NCBI GenBank assembly: GCA_041651455.1
Contig: JBAZJG010000004.1
Coordinates: 72,848 to 136,847 of the forward strand
Direction of reading: 5' to 3'
DNA length: 64,000 nt
Source: Candidatus Omnitrophota bacterium
GTDB lineage: Bacteria > Omnitrophota > Gorgyraeia > Pluralincolimonadales > Pluralincolimonadaceae
The notes beneath the pieces are model-generated. The model was not told where the DNA came from, ran no database searches, and saw only the letters and a program-made list of their open reading frames with translations. Below, one piece after another: positions 20,470 to 27,236 of the stretch; position 1 is the stretch's first letter, and each line of letters opens with the position of its first letter. The translations under genes were made by a program, and so were the position numbers.

Positions 20470-21479
20470 TTGAACTGCCCCAGGAAACGCATATCGTTCT
20501 CGAAGAAGAGCCTCATGTCGTTTATGCCGTATTTCAGCATGGCGATGCGCTCTACTCCCATGCCGAAGGCGAAGCCCGTATATCTCTTCGCGTCATATTT
20601 GACCGCCTTGAACACGTTCGGGTGGACCATGCCGCACCCGAGGATCTCGAGCCATCCTTTCCTGCCGCATACGCTGCATCCCTTGCCTCCGCAGATGAAG
20701 CACGATACGTCCACTTCCGCGCTCGGTTCCGTGAACGGGAAAAAGTGCGGCCTGAACCTTACCTTGGCGTTCTCGCCGAAATAGCTCCTTATGAACATGC
20801 TGAGCGCGCCCTTCAGGTCCGCGAAGGTCACCCCTTCGCCGACGACAAGCCCCTCGACCTGGTGGAACATGAACGAGTGTGATGCGTCGACGGCATCCGG
20901 GCGGTATACCTTGCCCGGGACGACTATCTTGAATGGCGGTTTCTCGGTCTCCATGAACCTTACCTGGACCGGCGATGTGTGGCTGCGCAGCAGGTACCTG
21001 TTCTTTATGTAGAATGTGTCGAACGCGTCGCGGGAAGGATGGTCGAGCGCTATGTTAAGCGCCTCGAAATTATAGAACTCGGTCTCTATCTCCGGGCCCT
21101 CGACGACTTTGAACCCCATGCCGAGGAACGTCGCAAGTATCTCGCCTATCGTCTTCGTAAGCGGATGCGTTGTGCCTGAAGGCGGTCTGAACCCGGGGAG
21201 AGTAAGGTCGGTGTGATCTTTCGGTAGGACGGGGGAACTTGCGAGCTCGGCCTGCCTGGCCCTCATCGCCTCGTCTATGCGGACCTTCAGCGCGTTGAGC
21301 TCCTTGCCGAGGCGCGGTTTCTCCTCGGCAGACAGGGACGAAATCTGGCCCAACAGCTCGGTGACCAGGCCTTTCCTTCCAAGATACTTTATCCTAAGAT
21401 CATCGAGCGCCTTGGAGTCACCGGCCGATTTTATCTCGTTATTGGCTTCGGCCTCAATGGCTTTGATCTTCTCGAGCAT
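20466..21479 (-). CDS. pheS: phenylalanine--tRNA ligase alpha subunit
   Basis: Class II motifs (FRPHFFPFTEPSAEVDV, GCGMVHPNV). The track ORF is extended 50 aa upstream into rplT. The start MLEKIKAIEAE at 21479 abuts the rplT stop. Confidence 0.88.
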   Translation of the reverse strand: MLEKIKAIEAEANNEIKSAGDSKALDDLRIKYLGRKGLVTELLGQISSLSAEEKPRLGKELNALKVRIDEAMRARQAELASSPVLPKDHTDLTLPGFRPPSGTTHPLTKTIGEILATFLGMGFKVVEGPEIETEFYNFEALNIALDHPSRDAFDTFYIKNRYLLRSHTSPVQVRFMETEKPPFKIVVPGKVYRPDAVDASHSFMFHQVEGLVVGEGVTFADLKGALSMFIRSYFGENAKVRFRPHFFPFTEPSAEVDVSCFICGGKGCSVCGRKGWLEILGCGMVHPNVFKAVKYDAKRYTGFAFGMGVERIAMLKYGINDMRLFFENDMRFLGQFK

Positions 21480-21832
21480 TATTTGGCTTTGTTTATCTCT
21501 TCTACGAGTTTCACGAACGTCGCATTGTCGTTCGCGGCGATATCGGACAATATCTTCCTGTCGAGCTCTATCTTCAGTTTCTTCAGCCCGGCGATGAACT
21601 TCGAATAGGTTATGCCGCAGTTCCTGCACGCGGCATTGATGCGGACCACCCAGAGGGCGCGCATCTCGCGCTTGTGCGCTTTCCTGTCGCGGTAAGCATA
21701 GACCATCGCCCTTCTGACGGTCTCGACGGCTTTCTTATACTGTTTCGAACGGCCGAGGAAGTAACCCTTTGCCGCTTTAAGCACTTTCTTCCTGCGTTGT
21801 TTTTTCGCGGGTAAATACTTCGACTTAGGCAT
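21479..21832 (-). CDS. rplT: 50S ribosomal protein L20
   Basis: MPKSKYLPAKKQRRKKVLKAAKGYFLGRSK... is canonical L20. Confidence 0.92.
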   Translation of the reverse strand: MPKSKYLPAKKQRRKKVLKAAKGYFLGRSKQYKKAVETVRRAMVYAYRDRKAHKREMRALWVVRINAACRNCGITYSKFIAGLKKLKIELDRKILSDIAANDNATFVKLVEEINKAK

Positions 21833-21861
21833 TGCTTTCTTCTCCTTCTATGTCGTCTTTA

Positions 21862-22059
21862 TTAAGCGTAAGGCAGGAGCTTCGATATCTTTTCATGGTC
21901 GTTCTTGCTGACCAGGTCAGACCTTCTAAGAGCTCTCTTCCTCTTCTTTGTTTTGCCGGTCAGCAGATGGCCCTTGCCACCCTTCCGCCTCATTATCTTG
22001 CCGGTCTTCGTCTTCCTGAACCTTTTCTTCACGCCCTTGCGTGTCTTCATTTTAGGCAT
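21862..22059 (-). CDS. rpmI: 50S ribosomal protein L35
   Basis: MPKMKTRKGVKKRFRKTKTGKIMRR is canonical L35. Confidence 0.9.
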   Translation of the reverse strand: MPKMKTRKGVKKRFRKTKTGKIMRRKGGKGHLLTGKTKKRKRALRRSDLVSKNDHEKISKLLPYA

Positions 22060-22090
22060 GTCATGTCTCCTGTTTTGGCCCCTACCGTTA

Positions 22091-22606
22091 TTATTTAGGG
22101 CCGACTACCATGATGACAAAGCGCCCTTCCCTCAGCGGGGGCTTCTCTATCTGCCCTATCTCCGATATGTCCGCCTTAAGCCGCTCTATCACTTTCGTCC
22201 CGAGTTCCGGATGCGCCATCTCGCGCCCGCGGAACACGAGCGTTATCTTCACTTTATCTTTTCGTTCAAGGAATTTCTTGATGAACCCCAATTTGACAAG
22301 GTAATCGTGGTCGCCTATCTTCGGCTTGAGCCTAATCTCTTTTATGTGGGTCGCGTGCTGCTTCTTCCTGGCTTCCTTCTCCTTCTTCTCCTGCTCGTAC
22401 TTGTATTTGGAGAAGTCCATTATCCTGCAGACCGGCGGTTTCGCCATCGGCGCTATCTCTACCAGGTCCAACCCCGCCTGCTGCGCAAGCTTTAGGCCTT
22501 CTTCCGGGGCCATCACTCCGAGCTGGCTTCCGTCCTCGGCGATGACCATTACCTCGCGGATCCTTATCCTGTCATTTACCCTTATCGATTTTGCCTGAAA
22601 CTGGAT
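22091..22606 (-). CDS. infC: translation initiation factor IF-3, apparently initiating at a non-canonical AUC codon
   Basis: The annotated Met is internal. In-frame upstream sequence QFQAKSIRVNDRIRIREV aligns with the IF-3 N-terminus. A GGAGG Shine-Dalgarno lies 7 nt before an ATC codon (22604-22606), with no in-frame ATG/GTG/TTG between. Confidence 0.8.
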   Translation of the reverse strand: MQFQAKSIRVNDRIRIREVMVIAEDGSQLGVMAPEEGLKLAQQAGLDLVEIAPMAKPPVCRIMDFSKYKYEQEKKEKEARKKQHATHIKEIRLKPKIGDHDYLVKLGFIKKFLERKDKVKITLVFRGREMAHPELGTKVIERLKADISEIGQIEKPPLREGRFVIMVVGPK

Positions 22607-22699
22607 TTTTTTACCTCCTGTGAGGTCCGCTGTAGCGGACCGAACATCCCCTGCGTATTGATTTGACCCTTAGGGCAAATCAGCAGGGGATCTTTTTTT

Positions 22700-24436
22700 T
22701 CACTTCCTTGCTTCCACTTCGCCAACGATCTTCTTTATGAAATCGGCGAGTTTCATCGCGCCGAGATCGCCCTTGCCCCTCTCCCTGACGGAGACGCTCT
22801 CCGTCTGGGCTTCCTTGCCTCCGACAACCAGCATATACGGGACCTTTTGCACTTCCGCGTCCCTTATCTTATGCTGCATCCTGCCGCTCTTGTCGTCTAT
22901 CTCTGCCCGTATGCCCCTGTCGCGCAATGCCTGGGCGGCCTTGCCGGCGTATTCCTTGTGCTCATCGGATATCGGTATTATAACAGCTTGGACCGGCGAA
23001 AGCCATACGGGAAATGCGCCGCCGTAATGCTCGATGAGCATCGCGAGGGTCCGCTCGTAGCAGCCTATCGACGACCTGTGTATTACCATCGGGGTCTTCT
23101 GCGAGCCGTCGCTGTCCACGTATTCCATCCCGAACCTTCCGGGAAGCGCAAAATCGACCTGTATGGTTATGAGCGTATCTTCCTTGCCGAAAACATTCTT
23201 GAACTGTATGTCCAGCTTCGGCCCGTAGAACGCCGCTTCATTGTCGGCTTCGGCGTACTTGAGCTTTATATCGTCGAGGATCTTCTTCATCACCCTCTGG
23301 GACTCTTCCCAGGCCTTCGGGTCGTCTATATATTTTTCCTTGTTCTTCGGATCCCATTTCGAGAACCTGTACCATATCCGGTCTTCGATGCCGAGGGTCT
23401 TCATCACGAACTTGACCAGATCGAGGACCTTCTTGAACTCATCCTCAAGCTGCGCGGGCATGCATATGATATGCGCGTCGGCCAGGGTGAACTGCCTTAC
23501 CCTCGTCAACCCGTGCATCTCGCCCGACGTCTCGTTGCGGAACAGCACCGCGTTCTCGCAATACCTTAAAGGCAGGTCCTTGTAGCTTCTCGTCTTGGCC
23601 TTGTATATCATGAACTGGAAAGGGCAGGTCATCGGCCTCAGGGCTAGCACTTCGTCGCCTTCGCCTTTGCCGTTTATTATGAACATGCCTTCCCTGTAAT
23701 GGTCCCAGTGGCCCGATATCTTATAGAGGTCGCTCTTTGCCATATACGGCGTCTTCGTGAGCAGGTACCCTCTCTTCTCTTCCTCGTCCTCTATGAACCT
23801 TTGCAATATCTGGATGATCTTTGCACCCTTGGGCATTATAAGGGGAAGGCCCTGCCCTACGGCCTCGTTCGTTGTAAAGAGCTCCAGCATCCTGCCAAGC
23901 TTATTATGGTCCCTCTTCTCCGCCTCTTCCTTGTCTTTAAGGTAACTGACTAATTCTTCTTTCGTCGGAAAAGCCGTCCCGTAGATGCGCTGCAGCATCT
24001 TGTTCTTCTCGCTGCCGCGCCAGTACGCCCCGGTCGCCGAAAGCAGCTTGAACGCCTTTACCTGGCCGGTCGACTCTATATGCGGCCCCTTGCAAAGGTC
24101 TATGAAGTCGCCGTCCTTATAAAGGGTCATCTCCGCTTCGGGAAGGTCCCTTATAAGCTCCACCTTATATTGCTCGCCGATCTTCTCAAAGAACTTTATC
24201 GCCTCGTCCCTCTTCATGGAGGAACGCTCGAACTTCAGGTTATCCTTTATTATCCTGGACATCTCCGCTTCGATCCTGGCAAGGTCCTCCTCCAGGAAGG
24301 GCTGGGGAGAGTCGAAATCATAATAAAAACCGTCCTCTATCGCCGGCCCTATAGCCAGTTTTACGCCCGGATACAGCTTTTTTACGGCCTGGGCCATAAT
24401 ATGTGACGTTGAATGTCTTAGGGTATCCAGTTCCAT
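22700..24436 (-). CDS. thrS: threonine--tRNA ligase (lacks the N-terminal TGS domain)
   Basis: Starts at RHSTSHIMAQA...GPAIEDGFYYDF (editing domain), followed by class II core and anticodon-binding domain. The track ORF start is extended into the tRNA-Val gene, so the start was reset to MELDTL at 24436. Confidence 0.88.
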   Translation of the reverse strand: MELDTLRHSTSHIMAQAVKKLYPGVKLAIGPAIEDGFYYDFDSPQPFLEEDLARIEAEMSRIIKDNLKFERSSMKRDEAIKFFEKIGEQYKVELIRDLPEAEMTLYKDGDFIDLCKGPHIESTGQVKAFKLLSATGAYWRGSEKNKMLQRIYGTAFPTKEELVSYLKDKEEAEKRDHNKLGRMLELFTTNEAVGQGLPLIMPKGAKIIQILQRFIEDEEEKRGYLLTKTPYMAKSDLYKISGHWDHYREGMFIINGKGEGDEVLALRPMTCPFQFMIYKAKTRSYKDLPLRYCENAVLFRNETSGEMHGLTRVRQFTLADAHIICMPAQLEDEFKKVLDLVKFVMKTLGIEDRIWYRFSKWDPKNKEKYIDDPKAWEESQRVMKKILDDIKLKYAEADNEAAFYGPKLDIQFKNVFGKEDTLITIQVDFALPGRFGMEYVDSDGSQKTPMVIHRSSIGCYERTLAMLIEHYGGAFPVWLSPVQAVIIPISDEHKEYAGKAAQALRDRGIRAEIDDKSGRMQHKIRDAEVQKVPYMLVVGGKEAQTESVSVRERGKGDLGAMKLADFIKKIVGEVEARK

Positions 24437-24451
24437 AGTAATAAAATTAAA

Positions 24452-24528
24452 TGGTGGGCCTAAGAGGACTCGAACCTCTGACCTCTTCCATGTCAAGGAA
24501 GCGCTCTAACCAACTGAGCTATAAGCCC
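24452..24528 (-). tRNA. tRNA-Val (anticodon GAC)
   Basis: Cloverleaf with acceptor GGGCTTA/TAGGCCC, anticodon loop TTGACAT, T arm AGAGG-TTCGAGT-CCTCT, CCA encoded. Its own TTGACT-17-TATAAT promoter lies at 24542-24570. Confidence 0.85.
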
Positions 24529-24541
24529 ACAGCGAACCTAA

Positions 24542-24570
24542 ATTATAGCGATTAAAGGGTTTTAAGTCAA
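24542..24570 (-). promoter_or_regulatory. sigma70-type promoter of tRNA-Val (-35 TTGACT, 17 nt spacer, -10 TATAAT)
   Basis: Near-consensus hexamers. The predicted TSS is ~7 nt upstream of the mature tRNA 5' end. Confidence 0.55.
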
Positions 24571-24600
24571 GGATAAATAGGATGGCCTGCGGGCTGGTTC

Positions 24601-24639
24601 ATTAAATTACAAAGGCCGGGGATCTCGGGATCCCCGGCC
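24601..24639 (-). terminator. rho-independent terminator after PEP-CTERM gene 24688-25329
   Basis: Perfect GC hairpin GGCCGGGGATC-cga-GATCCCCGGCC followed by TTTGTAATTT on the minus strand. Confidence 0.7.
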
Positions 24640-24687
24640 ATCTTCCTCGGGTTAGTTGGGGTTGAGGAAGAACATCTTAATAAACGC

Positions 24688-25329
24688 TTATTTAACCGCT
24701 TTTTTCCTTAATCCGAGCAGCCCTACAAGGCCCGATCCGAGTAAAAGAAGGCTCGTCGGCTCGGGAACGGTAAACTGCGCGTCGTCGAACCACACCGTGC
24801 CGGTGGCGCTTGTGCCTGTCCCGGGAGCAAGCAGGGTCAGACGGTAGTCTATATACGCCGCGTTGGCAGGCGCTGTCCTCTCAGCCTCTGACCAGGAGCT
24901 TAAGCTCTGGTACTGCCAATCCCCCGAACCTGAGGTCTGATGGACTATACCTATGCCGCTTCCCAGCTCTTCCTGGCTTGCGTTAAGCCATTTGCACTCC
25001 AGGTACGCCTCTATGTTGCTGAGGTTCTCCCATTTCATCCATACGCCTCCGTCAACGACATCGCCGGGATTTACTGCGAAGATCTGCTTCGCTCCGGCCA
25101 TCTCCCATGAATCGGTCGTAGGACCGGCAGAAAGCTTCAGCGCCTGGCTGCCTTCGTGGACCGAATCGGCAGCGTCGTAATCGATCGTCCACTGCGGGCC
25201 CCAGTTGTAATCAAGCCACGGCCCCTGTCCTGCGCCTTCGAAACCGTAATCTCCGACAGCGTTTGCGCATGCAAAAGAAGGCATTGATATGGTCGTTAAA
25301 ACTGCTAATACGGTAAATAATCCCTTCAT
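24688..25329 (-). CDS. PEP-CTERM-anchored secreted protein with CBM4/9-like carbohydrate-binding domain
   Basis: Signal peptide. C-terminal VPEPTSLLLLGSGLVGLLGLRKKAVK has the PEP motif, a hydrophobic helix and a basic tail. Confidence 0.8.
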   Translation of the reverse strand: MKGLFTVLAVLTTISMPSFACANAVGDYGFEGAGQGPWLDYNWGPQWTIDYDAADSVHEGSQALKLSAGPTTDSWEMAGAKQIFAVNPGDVVDGGVWMKWENLSNIEAYLECKWLNASQEELGSGIGIVHQTSGSGDWQYQSLSSWSEAERTAPANAAYIDYRLTLLAPGTGTSATGTVWFDDAQFTVPEPTSLLLLGSGLVGLLGLRKKAVK

Positions 25330-25370
25330 TTGTTCACCCCCTCTCTTTTTCCTTGGTTTAAAGGTCTATT

Positions 25371-25462
25371 TGTAAACGCTTACATATAAATCTAAAAAAT
25401 AGAGCGCTGTATGTAAGCGCTTACATTACTGAAATGTTATCATCCGTATCATTGAATGTCAA
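25371..25462 (-). promoter_or_regulatory. promoter (-35 TTGACA 25457-25462, -10 TAACAT 25434-25439) plus two cre/LacI-type palindromic operators: TGTAAGCGCTTACA (25412-25425) and TGTAAACGCTTACA (25371-25384)
   Basis: The first is a perfect 14 bp palindrome overlapping the predicted TSS. The second, imperfect copy sits ~40 nt upstream of the start codon. Confidence 0.5.
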
Positions 25463-25467
25463 GATTA

Positions 25468-25824
25468 TTATTTTGCTAATTTTGAGGAATAAATGAGGGT
25501 CTTTACGATAGCTATCGCGACGAATAACGTCGATGACCCGCCCCCCAGGAACACGACTATTGCAGGATGCGTATCGTCGCGTACCGGAATAAGGAAGCAG
25601 GCTATCGCCGTTACCAATACCGGAACGGACCATATTACCATCTGGCGGCCGCCGTATGCATTTATCTCATACCATAATTCAGGCGACTTGAACGCTTTCG
25701 GCAACCTGAACCCGTACCAGTAATTCATCGGTATCTTGCGCTTGGCGAGGGGGATACCAAGGGCGATAAACAGCAATCCCATTACCAGATTTATAGCGAT
25801 AAATGATGCCTGTGTATTTCCCAT
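25468..25824 (-). CDS. small membrane protein, possibly SdpI/YhfL-family
   Basis: Three to four TM helices and NYWYGFRLPKAFKSPELW motif. Preceded by a TTGACC-17-TATACT promoter. Confidence 0.35.
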   Translation of the reverse strand: MGNTQASFIAINLVMGLLFIALGIPLAKRKIPMNYWYGFRLPKAFKSPELWYEINAYGGRQMVIWSVPVLVTAIACFLIPVRDDTHPAIVVFLGGGSSTLFVAIAIVKTLIYSSKLAK

Positions 25825-25870
25825 CTTCTTCCCTTTTTGATTAAGTATACACCATAAGTCGGACCCGGTC

Positions 25871-25906
25871 AAAAACAAAAGGGCGGGGATCTCGGGATCC
25901 CCGCCC
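25871..25906 (-). terminator. rho-independent terminator after PEP-CTERM gene 25953-26579
   Basis: GGGCGGGGATC-cga-GATCCCCGCCC hairpin followed by a T-tract on the minus strand. Confidence 0.7.
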
Positions 25907-25952
25907 CTCTTCCTCGGGTTAGTTGGGGTGTTTGAGGAAGATATTTACCGGA

Positions 25953-26579
25953 TTATGGCCTTTTCCTTAAACCGAGAAGTCCGACAAGGCCTGAACCGAG
26001 AAGAAGCAGGCTCGCGGGCTCGGGTATCGGCGCTGTATCAAGGTAAGCATCATCAAAGTAAGCGGTGCCAGAACCGCCGTCTACGGTCTGGTTCACGAAG
26101 AAAGCCAAAGACGCGTATGACGCGGTGACCGGGGCGGCGCCGCTTATATTAAGGGCTGTCCAGTCATGCGTGCCAGTAAGCACCGGGGACGCGCCGGCCG
26201 TGCCGACCCATCCGCCCGTCGAGTTGAACCAGTCTATCTTGACAAAGGCCTCTTCATTGACAAGGGCGTTGGTCTTGGCGAATATTGTGCCGTAATACGT
26301 GGTGCCGGGTGTAACGGCAGCCATCGTGTTGCTGTACATGAAATAATCGTCGCCCGTGCCGGATGCGCTGTTCGATGTTATCTTCGTCGACTTAACGCCG
26401 GTCCTTGCGGCTTCGGTGCTGCCGTATGTGCCGGTGTGCTGGCTGTTTCCCCAGAGGCCAAGCCACGGGTCCGGGGCCGTATTTTCAAAGCCTGAGTTCG
26501 TGAGCATGTTAGCGGCTTCCGATGCGGAAGCGCTGAACATTACCGCTATAGCTAAAACCAATATTGCGATAAATTTCAT
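25953..26579 (-). CDS. PEP-CTERM-anchored secreted protein with CBM4/9-like domain
   Basis: Signal peptide. NMLTNSGFEN...W start typical of CBM_4_9. C-terminal IPEPASLLLLGSGLVGLLGLRKRP. Confidence 0.8.
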   Translation of the reverse strand: MKFIAILVLAIAVMFSASASEAANMLTNSGFENTAPDPWLGLWGNSQHTGTYGSTEAARTGVKSTKITSNSASGTGDDYFMYSNTMAAVTPGTTYYGTIFAKTNALVNEEAFVKIDWFNSTGGWVGTAGASPVLTGTHDWTALNISGAAPVTASYASLAFFVNQTVDGGSGTAYFDDAYLDTAPIPEPASLLLLGSGLVGLLGLRKRP

Positions 26580-26591
26580 CTCTATTCTCCT

Positions 26592-27122
26592 TTAGTTTCC
26601 TTTTTCTATAGTAGCGTCAAAATCATCGAAACAGGCCTCACCTGTGGAACCGGCCACGCCTCTTGCGTATCCGAGCACCCTTGCTTCGATCGCTCCCGCA
26701 GGCGCTTTGCCGTTGACCTCCAGCTTCTTCCAGGCCGTGGCGCCCCTGATATGTTCGCTCTCTTTATGCCCTGAGCTCAAAGGGCCTGCGCTTCCCCAGA
26801 ACTCAAGCCGGACAAAGGCCTCGGCGCCGTTGGACAACGCTTTCGAGTCCGGGCTCATTACCCATGCGCTGGCTTTCACCATCTCGCCGGGATTGACCGG
26901 TATCTGCTGCCCATAACAACCCTGCCCTAATCCCTCGACCTGCCTGCATGCCGCTTTCTCCCCGCTGTATTTATACTCGGATGTCACTATCCCGCTCGTG
27001 GCCTGGTCGTTCCAGTTGTACCAGCTCTCCTCTTCCGATTCGAAGCCGGGATTGATCATGTCATTGGCATGGCAAGCGGAACATATCGACATGGCAATAA
27101 CCGCCGATAACAGCTTCTTCAC
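26592..27122 (-). CDS. secreted CBM4/9-like protein without PEP-CTERM anchor (GTG start)
   Basis: Signal peptide, MINPGFESEEESWYNW domain start, no C-terminal sorting signal. Co-transcribed with the 25953 gene. Confidence 0.5.
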   Translation of the reverse strand: MKKLLSAVIAMSICSACHANDMINPGFESEEESWYNWNDQATSGIVTSEYKYSGEKAACRQVEGLGQGCYGQQIPVNPGEMVKASAWVMSPDSKALSNGAEAFVRLEFWGSAGPLSSGHKESEHIRGATAWKKLEVNGKAPAGAIEARVLGYARGVAGSTGEACFDDFDATIEKGN

Positions 27123-27236
27123 TTGTTCACCTCCCTCCTTTACTCATAAAATAGTTTCTCATTACTAAATTGTTTTACTATACTGCAAAAATATACCACC
27201 TGCGCATACCATTGTCAAGCGTAATAAATTGTTATT

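Noticed and set aside
21480-21629. 50 aa N-terminal extension of pheS overlapping rplT. An analogous extension of thrS runs over tRNA-Val (24437-24496).
   Set aside because: The extensions run through a ribosomal-protein gene and a tRNA respectively. Conserved N-termini begin at the internal Met residues.
24641-24665. GGGTTAGTTGGGG strings in the 3'UTRs (telomere-like or G-quadruplex-like).
   Set aside because: There are only two G-runs per copy. They are better explained as the complement of the C-rich hairpin loop on the transcribed strand.
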